Shown: one piece after another, positions 43,793-53,041 of the stretch
Layout of the letters: the number at the start of each line of letters is the position of its first letter
How positions within the stretch are numbered: the stretch's first letter is position 1
Origin: Bradymonadia bacterium
GTDB taxonomy: Bacteria > Myxococcota_A > Bradymonadia > UBA7976 > UBA1532
NCBI GenBank assembly: GCA_046290225.1
Contig: JBKAGE010000035.1
Location: forward strand, 384,001 to 448,000
DNA length: 64,000 bases
Reading direction: 5' to 3'
Notes under the pieces: model-generated
The model's input: only the letters and a program-made list of their open reading frames with translations
The model's database searches: none
What the model was told of the DNA's origin: nothing
Made by a program: the position numbers and the translations under genes

Positions 43793-44435
43793 AGCGCCAT
43801 CAGTGCCCTTTGACCCAGAGGGCTTTCAGAGGCATCTGGCCAGCGCAGGGTTGCCCATCGAGCTGACCGATGACGCCCTGAGCCTGATCGGGCAGTACCT
43901 CGAGATGCGTCAGAAGTGGGCCCGGGTACACAACCTTACGGGGCCGCAGGCGAGCCAGGACGTGCTCTATCGGGATCTGGTGGACAGTGTCGCGGTATTG
44001 ACCGTGTTGCGCGGTGACCAGCCACTCTTCGATGTTGGCTCTGGCAATGGCACACCAGGGTTGGTGCTGGCATGTGTCTGGAGTGAGCAGCCCATCACCC
44101 TCGTGGAGCCCATCTCCAAGCGATCTGCCTTCTTGCGAACAGCTTCAGTGAAGATGGGCCTGAAGCATGTGCAGGTCATCAACGGTCGTTGGCCCACCGA
44201 ATTGAGTCAGGGTGCCCAAGTCGTCTCTCGGGCAGTCGCGCCCGTCGAGGTCTGGCCTGAGCTCGCGGTCGAAGCTGGGGCCCATGTCGACAGCTTCATT
44301 CGCATGCTCGCGGCCCGCCGGCCGCCAGTGAACGTGAGTGACTTTGAGTGTGCAGTTGGGGTCGATTATCGGCTCTCAGACGGGGTCTCGCGCCGAATTG
44401 AGCGTTGGGATCGGGCCGTGAAACCTGCCGTGTAA
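43776..44435 (+). CDS. rsmG: 16S rRNA m7G527 methyltransferase (GidB)
   Basis: KWARVHNLTG, DVGSGNGTPG, LVEPISKRSAFL, VSRA; upstream of parA; start uncertain. Confidence 0.9.
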   Translation: MARRSRAPSVPFDPEGFQRHLASAGLPIELTDDALSLIGQYLEMRQKWARVHNLTGPQASQDVLYRDLVDSVAVLTVLRGDQPLFDVGSGNGTPGLVLACVWSEQPITLVEPISKRSAFLRTASVKMGLKHVQVINGRWPTELSQGAQVVSRAVAPVEVWPELAVEAGAHVDSFIRMLAARRPPVNVSDFECAVGVDYRLSDGVSRRIERWDRAVKPAV

Positions 44436-44448
44436 CCCGCGCCAAAAA

Positions 44449-44464
44449 TGTTTCACATGAAACA
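44449..44464. promoter_or_regulatory. parS site upstream of parA
   Basis: TGTTTCACATGAAACA, one mismatch from consensus. Confidence 0.85.
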
Positions 44465-44511
44465 CCCTTCTGCCATTGGCACCCCCCTGACCATGTGGTA
44501 TCCGTCGACTC

Positions 44512-45381
44512 ATGAGTGCTCGCATCATCGCCATATCAAACCAGAAAGGTGGGGTGGGTAAGACCACCACCGCCGTCAACCTCGCCGCAGGTCTCGCCCT
44601 CGAAGGGGCGCGAACACTGCTCGTCGATCTTGATCCTCAGGCCAACGCAACCAGCGGCATCGGATTCGACCCTCGCCAGAGAAGACGCAGCGTGTATCAC
44701 GCGCTCATTGGCATGGCTCGGGTCAAAGACATCCGGCTCGAGAGCCCGGACGTCGAGAATTTGTCGCTGTTGCCAGCCAGCCACGACTTGCTTGGGGCTG
44801 AGATCGAGCTCGTCGACTCTGTGGCTCGGGAATATCGACTCAAAGAAGCGTTTCAGGCCGATGATGATCTCGAAGACTTCGTGATCATCGACTGCCCGCC
44901 GTCTTTGGGGCTGCTCACCGTCAATGCCCTCGCCGCTTCGAGCTCAGCGTTGATCCCGTTGCAGTGTGAGTACTATGCCCTTGAGGGCATCTCTCAGCTC
45001 ATGCGGACCATCAACCTGATGCAGAGGAACATCAACCCAGCCCTCGAACTCGAGGGGGTGTTGCTCACCATGTTCGATCGTCGAAACAACCTGTCTCATC
45101 AGGTCGCTGAGGATGCACGGGGCCATTTTGGCAACCGCATCTTCGACACCGTGATCCCTCGAAACGTGAGGCTTTCCGAGAGCCCCTCCCACGGAAAGTC
45201 GATCCATCATTATGACAAGGCCAGTCGGGGTGCCCAGGCATATCGGAGCCTGGCCCAAGAGCTGATCAAGCGACACCTCGATCCCAGCAAGCGCGTGTCG
45301 TCGAAGGCCAAGAGCCCGGCGAAGGCCAGGACGACCTCGGCTAAAGCGAAGACCAGCCAGAAAGGAAGCAGCGCCCGATGA
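44512..45381 (+). CDS. parA: Chromosome partitioning ATPase ParA/Soj
   Basis: NQKGGVGKTTT, DLDPQANAT, IIDCPPSLG, QCEYYALEG, IPRNVRLSESPSHG. Confidence 0.98.
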   Translation: MSARIIAISNQKGGVGKTTTAVNLAAGLALEGARTLLVDLDPQANATSGIGFDPRQRRRSVYHALIGMARVKDIRLESPDVENLSLLPASHDLLGAEIELVDSVAREYRLKEAFQADDDLEDFVIIDCPPSLGLLTVNALAASSSALIPLQCEYYALEGISQLMRTINLMQRNINPALELEGVLLTMFDRRNNLSHQVAEDARGHFGNRIFDTVIPRNVRLSESPSHGKSIHHYDKASRGAQAYRSLAQELIKRHLDPSKRVSSKAKSPAKARTTSAKAKTSQKGSSAR

Positions 45382-46265
45382 GTCGACCCAAGCGCGGACT
45401 GGGTCGCGGACTCTCCGCTTTGATCCCCGCCGCTGATGAAGAGAGCACCAAAGCCGGCCGACCACTGGAAGTCCCCATCGGACAAGTGGGGCAGGCTGAT
45501 CATCAGCCCCGTACTGCTTTTCGTGAGGAGAGCCTGCAAGAGCTGGTCGACTCCATCCGCACAAATGGGGTGATTCAGCCCATCATCGTGCGTCAGGCCG
45601 ACACCAACGCTTACATCATCATCGCCGGTGAGCGTCGATGGCGTGCAGCTCAGCGGGCAGGTCTCGAGCGGGTGCCCATCGTCATTCGCGAGGCCACAGA
45701 TGCTGAGGCGTATGAGCTGGCACTCGTCGAGAACATTCAGCGTGATGATCTTGGTCCCCTCGAAGAGGCAGAGGCCTATCACCACCTCATCGACGCATAT
45801 GATCTCACTCAAGAAGAGGTGGCTCTACGGGTAGGTAAAAACCGCACCACCGTCACCAATGCCCTCAGGTTGTTGAAGTTGCCTGAAGTCATTCGTGCTG
45901 CTGTAGCGGGCGGTCATCTCAGCGGTGGCCATGCCAGGGCTCTGCTCACCGCACCTGATGAAGAGATCATGGTGGAGCTTGCTGATCGGGCTGTGGCCGA
46001 GGGCTGGTCAGTGCGTGAGACCGAGCGCCAGGCACGGGCAGCCAAACAGGCTCAGAAGGCCGAAGCTGCTGCGGCCGAGCCCGAATCCGAGCCAGAGCCA
46101 CCCTCATTGGTCCACGAAGCCGTAGAGAGCCAGCTGCGGACTGCGCTCAGAGCACCTGTTCGCCTGGTACATCGAGGGGGCAAAGGGCGCATCGAGATCA
46201 AATTTCACAGCTCTGATGAGTTGAATCGGCTCATCGAAATGCTGAGCACTCTCGAAGAAGAGTAG
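45378..46265 (+). CDS. parB: Chromosome partitioning protein ParB/Spo0J
   Basis: GLGRGLSALI, QPR, GVIQPI, IAGERRWRAA, ALVENIQR, HTH, GHARALL. Confidence 0.98.
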   Translation: MSRPKRGLGRGLSALIPAADEESTKAGRPLEVPIGQVGQADHQPRTAFREESLQELVDSIRTNGVIQPIIVRQADTNAYIIIAGERRWRAAQRAGLERVPIVIREATDAEAYELALVENIQRDDLGPLEEAEAYHHLIDAYDLTQEEVALRVGKNRTTVTNALRLLKLPEVIRAAVAGGHLSGGHARALLTAPDEEIMVELADRAVAEGWSVRETERQARAAKQAQKAEAAAAEPESEPEPPSLVHEAVESQLRTALRAPVRLVHRGGKGRIEIKFHSSDELNRLIEMLSTLEEE

Positions 46266-46330
46266 TTTCTCGGCAACCTCCACCCTTCGGTGCCATCCTC
46301 TTTGAACACGAAGAGCACGGATAAGGCACC

Positions 46331-46954
46331 ATGGGGCGTCCATCAGGCACCCGAAACCCCGGATACGCAGATCGGCGAGAGCGTTTGATCGAGGGCATGA
46401 TTCCCATTGTGCTCTCACCGGGTCGACCTTTGCCCAGTTTCCGTCAACTTGCAGAGAGTGCCGGTGTCAGTGTGCCGACTCTGAGGCACTACTTTGGTGA
46501 TCAAGAGGGTGCTCTGCGATCCATCTTCGAGTTCTGGTCAGACAGAAGTCAGCCGTATCTCGATCAGGTGGCCTCCGAAACAGATCAGACCTTCGAAGAC
46601 TCGCTGTGGTGGTCAGCCGACTTTTTGATCAAAGGTTGGCGGATGTTCGGCGTGGGCCGAATTCACGCCACAGGCATCGAGCTTGGTCTGGGGCACACCA
46701 CCCGTGGGCCTGGATATCTGGACGGCTTGTACGAGCCACTTCAGCAAGCCCTCGAAGCGCGCATGCGACATCACATGAATCAGGGCCACCTGCGTGAGGG
46801 TGAGCCACGTGTGATGGCGTTGTGTTTCTTGAGCCCTCTCTTGATGGCCTTGTTGCATCAAGACGAACTCGGCGGGCATGCGTGCAGGCCCCTGGACTTC
46901 AACCTCTTCTTGCGAGAGCACATCGACGGCTTCATGCGAGGTTGGGGCGCTTGA
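46331..46954 (+). CDS. TetR-family transcriptional regulator
   Basis: MGRPSG...SFRQLAESAGVSVPTLRHYFGD HTH. Confidence 0.85.
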   Translation: MGRPSGTRNPGYADRRERLIEGMIPIVLSPGRPLPSFRQLAESAGVSVPTLRHYFGDQEGALRSIFEFWSDRSQPYLDQVASETDQTFEDSLWWSADFLIKGWRMFGVGRIHATGIELGLGHTTRGPGYLDGLYEPLQQALEARMRHHMNQGHLREGEPRVMALCFLSPLLMALLHQDELGGHACRPLDFNLFLREHIDGFMRGWGA

Positions 46955-47072
46955 TCGAGCCCATTGTCGAGCCCATTGAGGCTGGCCACCGAACAACCAA
47001 TTGATCACGACAGGGAATGCAGACCAACATGGCGCGTCAAGAGCCCAGTTGATCCATGGCGAGGCCTGCCCT

Positions 47073-48950
47073 GTGAATCCCATACGACGTACTCTCCGCC
47101 GACACATCATCGTCGGCGCCGCCCTGACGCTCAGCCTTGGTGGCTGTGCTGAAGAAGACAACGGTTTGAGCAACATCGCACCCGGTGGGGAGCAGATGGG
47201 CCAGGCCGGCAGTGGGGGCACCCCCATGGGTGGAGCTGGAGGTGCTGGCGGCAACGCTGGATCACCCCAAGGCGGGCGCCCAGGCGGCGCTGGTGGCGCG
47301 GTGGGCGGCATGGGCGGTAGCCCAGGTGGCCAGGGTGGATCTCCAGGAGGCGCAGGTGGTCAGGGCGGAGCCGGTGGTGCAGTCGGCGGTATGGGTGGCA
47401 TGGGCGGTGGCCCCAGTGGAGCCGGTGGTGGATTCCTCGACGGGGAGTCGATGTCCCAATTTGCTGATCGTACCTGCTTTACGGAGGGTGACGAGACCCC
47501 AGTAGAGTTGCTCGATGGGCTCTCCACACAGCTCGTCAACGCCATCAACTGCCTGCGCCCGGGATCATTGTCCGACATTCCTGATGGCAACTGGCAAATG
47601 CTCAGTCCGCTGAGGCCCGCCCTCGTCGATGCTCGAGGGGTAGATGATCTGCTCGACGCCGCAGCGAGCAGCAATGAACCCATGGTGATCAGGTGGGCCT
47701 ATCGAGACATCGCGCTCCAGCATCTCTTCTTCTTGTGGACCCTGAAGGGCTGTGACTTCGCCGCACCTGCAGGGCTCTCCAATCACCAGAACGGGCTCAG
47801 CGTCGACTTGAACGATCCTGGTGCATGGCGTGGGATCATGGAGCAGCGGGGTTGGGAGAACAATCTGCCCACCGATCGGCCGCACTTCGACTATGTGCTG
47901 GCGGAAGATGAGGGCATGGCCACGCTCTCCATCATGGCGTTCCAGGCTTTGTGGAATCACAACCGGGCCGATGATCCACTTGAGCTCACTGGTGAGTTCG
48001 ACGACGCCACCGAAGCGGCGCTCAATGCGACTCCCCTGCTCGGGTTCCAGCGCGAGCTGTGTGAGGGCGACGGGCCGCCAGAGTTGCCGCCGTTGCGTGG
48101 GCCCACGGTGGCTCAGGCGGCCTGGCGTGGCTGCGAGCCGCCGGTGGATCTGCTCGAGGGCCTCTCCAGTGAGATCTCAGAATTGATGCGATGTGCTGAT
48201 CCCAACCGGTTCGTGCCCCTGAGCCTGTGCAACGGGCCCGGCTGTTTCTCGGTCGCTGCGCCGCCCAAGCCCGAATGGCTCGAGGCGAGAACCCACGAGG
48301 CTGCCCTCAGAGCCAGTGAAGATGCCGGGGTACCCCTCAACGTGTTGTGGGCTTTTCGAGATCCGGCTTTGGCGTGGTTCTTCTATAGCGTTCGAGACAA
48401 CCTCAGCTGCGACAACACCGATCGGCCGCCTTCAGCCAGCGCATATGTGACAGGCCGCGCGCTGTCGCTCACCAACAACAGCCCTGCTCAGCTCGACGAT
48501 GCCCTCGAGCGGGCCGGATTCACCGCCATCAACGAGTCTGATGGTTGGACCTATCCGGAGGGTGATGATCTGCGCACATTGGCTGTCTATGCCTTCCAGG
48601 CCCTCTGGAATCACAACCGACCTGACGATCCCCTCGAGACAGATGGGATCATGGGCCCTGGGACTCAGTCCGCTCTCGATCGTTCTCCCATCGGTGGGTT
48701 TGGCCGCCTGCCCCGCTGTGAAGATCTCGATCCGCCGTTGCCTCCCGAGAACGCCTTTACGTGTATCGAAGGCTGCGTGAACCAGACATGCCCTGGTGCG
48801 TATGACTTCTGCACCGAGCAGCATGGGGAGTGTGAGGCGGTGCCGTGCGACATGGACGACGACTGTGACGGCCTCTTCGCCTGTGATGATCCCGGACGTG
48901 GTTCATCACCGAACTTCTTCTGCGACGATGGTCGGTGCCGACGGCGATAA
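47073..48950 (+). CDS. Lipoprotein with two tandem M15-like (D-Ala-D-Ala peptidase fold) plus peptidoglycan-binding modules
   Basis: Probable GTG start 47073; lipobox LGGC; Gly-rich linker; AYRDIALQ, SNHQNGLSVD, DRPHFDY; AFQALWNHNR occurs twice. Confidence 0.75.
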   Translation: MNPIRRTLRRHIIVGAALTLSLGGCAEEDNGLSNIAPGGEQMGQAGSGGTPMGGAGGAGGNAGSPQGGRPGGAGGAVGGMGGSPGGQGGSPGGAGGQGGAGGAVGGMGGMGGGPSGAGGGFLDGESMSQFADRTCFTEGDETPVELLDGLSTQLVNAINCLRPGSLSDIPDGNWQMLSPLRPALVDARGVDDLLDAAASSNEPMVIRWAYRDIALQHLFFLWTLKGCDFAAPAGLSNHQNGLSVDLNDPGAWRGIMEQRGWENNLPTDRPHFDYVLAEDEGMATLSIMAFQALWNHNRADDPLELTGEFDDATEAALNATPLLGFQRELCEGDGPPELPPLRGPTVAQAAWRGCEPPVDLLEGLSSEISELMRCADPNRFVPLSLCNGPGCFSVAAPPKPEWLEARTHEAALRASEDAGVPLNVLWAFRDPALAWFFYSVRDNLSCDNTDRPPSASAYVTGRALSLTNNSPAQLDDALERAGFTAINESDGWTYPEGDDLRTLAVYAFQALWNHNRPDDPLETDGIMGPGTQSALDRSPIGGFGRLPRCEDLDPPLPPENAFTCIEGCVNQTCPGAYDFCTEQHGECEAVPCDMDDDCDGLFACDDPGRGSSPNFFCDDGRCRRR

Positions 48951-49354
48951 TGAGCGAGTATCCCGAGGGCACAGGCCCAGGCACCCTGCATCAGCAAATC
49001 GTCGATCGCATCATGGAAGAGATGGACGATCGGGCGTGGTCCGTCTCGGAGCTGGCCCGCCGGTGTGGCGGGTATCCCAAGGCGCCTCAACTCAGCGACG
49101 CCCTCTCGGGGAAGCGGAACCGCACCCTGAACTTCAAAATGATCGAGTCCATCGCTGTGGCGTTCGATCTGCCCCCTGTCGATCTCGTGCTCGTCGATGC
49201 AGACACACCCACTGAAAGTGTCGAAATCAGCCCACGACCGCAGACACAACCCAGCGCAGGTTTCAGCGACGAGGCCGCCACGATTGCGCGGCTCTTCGAT
49301 GCCCTCGGGCAGGACAAGCGCGCCCTCATCAAGTGGTTGATTGATCAGATTTGA
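48950..49354 (+). CDS. XRE/Cro-CI-like helix-turn-helix protein
   Basis: WSVSELARRCGG..QLSDALSGKRNRTLNFKMIESIAVAFDL; TAATG overlap with the upstream gene. Confidence 0.75.
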   Translation: MSEYPEGTGPGTLHQQIVDRIMEEMDDRAWSVSELARRCGGYPKAPQLSDALSGKRNRTLNFKMIESIAVAFDLPPVDLVLVDADTPTESVEISPRPQTQPSAGFSDEAATIARLFDALGQDKRALIKWLIDQI

Positions 49355-49402
49355 GCGGCAGGTGCTCAGTCACGCTGAGCAGGTGGGGCGGGTCAGATCA
49401 GG

Positions 49403-52048
49403 TCAGGCGCTGGGGTTCTCGTCGGCGAGGGTGACCTCGACGGCGAAGCGATCTCCTTCAGCGGCCTCGCCGGCGGTGAGGGTCACGCCATCATCAGCGA
49501 CGTTGCCCGAGCGACGGATGTCGTCGATGGCGGGGCCGATGGCGTCGAGGAGATCCTGAGCGCCGGTGATCTGCAGGTTGGTCACGGGCCAGCGCAGGCT
49601 CTTCTTCGCCGAGGACTTCGCCGAGCGGACCTGAGCGAGCAGTGAAGCGGCGTCGCGGTACAACGTACGCTCCGCGCCCTCAGGCAGGTGGGCGAACTCG
49701 TCATCAGTGGGCCACTGAGCGGTGTGCACCGAGGGGTTGTCCTCGGTGGCCATTCGCCAGGACCACACCTCTTCGGTGACGTACGGGATGAACGGCGCCA
49801 GCAGCCGCAGGTACGTCTTGATGGCGTGGCTCAGCGTGGCGATGGCCGAAGCGCGATCCGCCGAGTCTTCCTCGGCGTAGCTGCGGGACTTCACCAGCTC
49901 GAGGTAGTCGTCGCAGAAGTCCCAGAAGGACTCCTCAGCGGCCTGGAGCGCGCCAGCGGGCTCGTAGCTCTCGTACTGCGCCGTGGCCTTGCGCACCGTC
50001 TCGCGCAAGCCTGCGAGGAACGAGATGTCCACGGGGTGCGTCACCGCCGAGAGATCCGGGGCGGTCGCCCCCTCGCCCATGGCGCGCTCGATCTGCATGA
50101 AGGTGAAGCGGCAGGCGTTGAACACCTTCCGGGTCAGGCGGTTGCCCACCTTGAATACCTTCTCGTCCAGGGCAGTGTCGGTGCCCATGCGGGCCCGAGC
50201 CGTCCAGTAACGCACAGCGTCGACGGAGTTCTTGTCGAGCAGATCATCAGGCGTCTCGGCAGCGTTGCCCTTCGACTTGCTCACCTTGCCACCGCTCTTG
50301 GCCACGACCCAGCCGGAGATCACCACATTGTGCCAGGGCACCTGCTTGTAGTGCATCCAGGCCTTCACGATCGTGTAGAAGGCCCAGGTCCGGATGATCT
50401 CGTGAGATTGAGGCCGGATGTCCATGGGGAACAGCTTCTCGTGCCGCTCGTCATCCGTGACGCCCATGCTCTGGATGAGCGGAGACACCGACGAGGTGGC
50501 CCAGGTGTCCATCACGTCAGGATCACCGGTGAAGCCGCCGGGCAGATCACGCTGCACCTCGGTGTAGCCCGGAGGTGAGTCCACCATCGGATCCACCGGC
50601 AGGCGGGCCTTCGGGGCCACGATGGGGCTGCCGTAGTCGATCACGCCGTCGAGGCCGATGGGGTACCAGACCGGGAACGGCACGCCGAAGTAGCGCTGGC
50701 GGCTGATGCACCAGTCCTGGTTCAGCCCTTCAACCCAGATCTGGTAGCGGTGGGACATGTGGCTGGGGTGCCAGGCGATCTTCTCGCCCTGGGCCAGCAG
50801 ATCGTCTTTGTGCTCCAGAATCTTGATGAACCACTGGCGGGTGGGCACGAACTCGAGGGGACGATCGCCCTTCTCGTAGTACTTCACCGCCTGCTTCACC
50901 TTCTGAGGCTCGCCGGTGAGGGCTACGCCGTCGCCGTGAGGGCCGGTCCCCTCTTCGGCGAGCATCTCCAGCACCGCGCGACGGGCCTGGTTCACGTACA
51001 GGCCCGACATCTTGTCGTAGGCCGCCTGGGCCGCCTCGGCGTCGAGGCTCAGGAAAGGTGCCTCACCAAAGCGGGCGGCGGCGAGCTTGCCGCCCATGCC
51101 GATGACCCGCTTCAGGGGCAGGTCAGAGGCCTTCCACCAGTCGACGTCGTGGATGTCGCCGAAGGTACAGACCATCAAGATGCCAGTGCCCTTCTCGGGC
51201 TCGGCGTGATCCGCAGCAATGATGGGCACCGGTGCCTTGAAGAGCGGGCTGATGGCCTTCTTGCCGAAGTAGGGCTGGTAGCGCTCATCGTCGGGGTGGG
51301 CCACCACGGCGATGCAGGCCGGCAGCAGCTCGGGTCGGGTGGTGCTGATGGTGAACTCACCGCCGCCTTCGATGGCGAAGCGGATGTCGTACATCTTGCC
51401 GTCGCGATCGCGATCTTCCACCTCGGCCTGGGCCACGGCGGTGCGGAAGTCCGTGTCCCACATCGTCGGCGACTCGGTGTTGTAGACCAGCCCCTTCTCG
51501 AACAGGTCGAGGAACGACCACTGCGACGTGCGGCGGCTGCGCTCGTCGATGGTGGCGTAGGTCTGATCCCAATCGATCGACAGACCCATACGGCGCCACA
51601 GAGCCTCGAAGGCCTGCTCGTCTTCGTGGGTCAGCTGCTCGCAGATCTCGATGAAGTTCTTGCGGCTGATCGTCTCGACCGGATCCTTCTTGCCCTTGTC
51701 GCGACGAGGCTTCCAGTCGGCGTCGTAGGGCACCTGCGACTCACAGCGCACCCCGAACACCTTCTGCACCCGGCGCTCTGTAGGCAGGCCGTTGTCGTCC
51801 CAGCCCATGCCGTAGAAGATGTTCTTCCCCTGCATGCGGTGGTAGCGGGCCAGCAGATCCTGGTGCGTGTAGCTGAATACGTGGCCGATGTGCAGCGAGC
51901 CCGAGACCGTCGGAGGTGGGGTGTCTACGACGAAGGTCTCTTCCCGGGGTCGGCTCGGGTCCCAGGTGTAAATGCCCCACTCTGCCCAGCGGGCTGCCCA
52001 ACGCGCCTCCGCATCTGCGGGGTCGTACTTGTTCGGGATCTCACTCAT
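49403..52048 (-). CDS. valS: Valyl-tRNA synthetase, type 2 (archaeal/actinobacterial-like)
   Basis: Start ATG 52048. DTPPPTVSGSLHIGH, GWDDNGLPTER, TTRPEL, WCISRQRYFG, RPQSHEIIRTW, KVSKSKGN; no C-terminal coiled-coil arm. Confidence 0.96.
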   Translation of the reverse strand: MSEIPNKYDPADAEARWAARWAEWGIYTWDPSRPREETFVVDTPPPTVSGSLHIGHVFSYTHQDLLARYHRMQGKNIFYGMGWDDNGLPTERRVQKVFGVRCESQVPYDADWKPRRDKGKKDPVETISRKNFIEICEQLTHEDEQAFEALWRRMGLSIDWDQTYATIDERSRRTSQWSFLDLFEKGLVYNTESPTMWDTDFRTAVAQAEVEDRDRDGKMYDIRFAIEGGGEFTISTTRPELLPACIAVVAHPDDERYQPYFGKKAISPLFKAPVPIIAADHAEPEKGTGILMVCTFGDIHDVDWWKASDLPLKRVIGMGGKLAAARFGEAPFLSLDAEAAQAAYDKMSGLYVNQARRAVLEMLAEEGTGPHGDGVALTGEPQKVKQAVKYYEKGDRPLEFVPTRQWFIKILEHKDDLLAQGEKIAWHPSHMSHRYQIWVEGLNQDWCISRQRYFGVPFPVWYPIGLDGVIDYGSPIVAPKARLPVDPMVDSPPGYTEVQRDLPGGFTGDPDVMDTWATSSVSPLIQSMGVTDDERHEKLFPMDIRPQSHEIIRTWAFYTIVKAWMHYKQVPWHNVVISGWVVAKSGGKVSKSKGNAAETPDDLLDKNSVDAVRYWTARARMGTDTALDEKVFKVGNRLTRKVFNACRFTFMQIERAMGEGATAPDLSAVTHPVDISFLAGLRETVRKATAQYESYEPAGALQAAEESFWDFCDDYLELVKSRSYAEEDSADRASAIATLSHAIKTYLRLLAPFIPYVTEEVWSWRMATEDNPSVHTAQWPTDDEFAHLPEGAERTLYRDAASLLAQVRSAKSSAKKSLRWPVTNLQITGAQDLLDAIGPAIDDIRRSGNVADDGVTLTAGEAAEGDRFAVEVTLADENPSA

Positions 52049-52234
52049 CTCTGCTGCTCCATGCACAATCGATCAGCGCTGATCGTGCCGGTGAATAAGC
52101 CACAGGGGCTCTGAGGCCGCAACCCGAGTGGGCCCACGGGTCGCTTCGAAAACGATGTGAATGCAGATAGATGCATTTTGTGTGCAAAATTTTGCTTGTC
52201 GTGGTTTGGCATATGTCGCTAACGTCGCCCCACC

Positions 52235-53041
52235 ATGAACGAGCGCAACCCCACATCCATCCCCGAGCACCAGCGCAGGCTGGTGTATTCGCTGTTGCGG
52301 CCCGTAGCCCGGCTGTGTCGGCGGTTCCACCTGCCTCTGAAGGCAGTGGAGGAGCTGTGTCGGCTGGCCTACTACGAAGAGCTCAAGCGCACCCCTGATC
52401 TCACCCAGACCGACATGGCTCGGCTGCTGGGCACATCGCTGCGCACTGTGGGCAACCTCGCCCACCAGCACCGCGGCGATTTCTTGAGCCCCGAGCAGGA
52501 GCAGGGCCTCGCCCGTGAGATCGAAGAGGCGCTGAGCCACGGCCCCCTGAGCCTCGACGGCCTGATCGCCGCCCTCACCCACGTGAGCCCGGATCAGATT
52601 CAGCGTCTGTTGCCGAGTCTCGTGGACTCTGGCCGTCTCACGGCAGAGGCCGGATCTCCAGTGACCTACCGCCTGGAACCAGCGTGGGTCTCCCTGGTCC
52701 GCGAAGACATGCAGGCCCGGATCGATGGTCTGAACCATCAGCTCGATGTCATCGCTGCGGCGGTGCGCACCCGTTTTCTGGCCATCGACGAGCGTCCCGC
52801 AGTGGCGCGGACCTTGTCTTTCGCGGGTACGCCAGAAGACATGCAGAAGCTCGGTCGGGCCATCGCCCAGCAGCTTCGAGTGCTCTGCAGCGAGGCAGAA
52901 GAAGACGCCCTCGAGGCTGGGGGCCACCAACGTTACGCGGTGACCTTCGCCCTGGCGCCCGTCGACGAGCCCCCACATTCAGCACAAGACGATGATCTCG
53001 CCCATCGGGCGCCCAAAACAGGTACGCGGAGAAAGAAATGA
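52235..53041 (+). CDS. Hypothetical HTH/winged-helix protein (DUF6502-like N-terminus)
   Basis: LLRPVARLCRRFHLPLKAVEELCRLAY...LTQTDMARLLGTSLRTV. Confidence 0.65.
   Translation: MNERNPTSIPEHQRRLVYSLLRPVARLCRRFHLPLKAVEELCRLAYYEELKRTPDLTQTDMARLLGTSLRTVGNLAHQHRGDFLSPEQEQGLAREIEEALSHGPLSLDGLIAALTHVSPDQIQRLLPSLVDSGRLTAEAGSPVTYRLEPAWVSLVREDMQARIDGLNHQLDVIAAAVRTRFLAIDERPAVARTLSFAGTPEDMQKLGRAIAQQLRVLCSEAEEDALEAGGHQRYAVTFALAPVDEPPHSAQDDDLAHRAPKTGTRRKK

Noticed and set aside
46955..46978. 12-bp tandem duplication TCGAGCCCATTG x2 after tetR
   Set aside because: Could be an excision scar or slippage, but nothing else supports a mobile element
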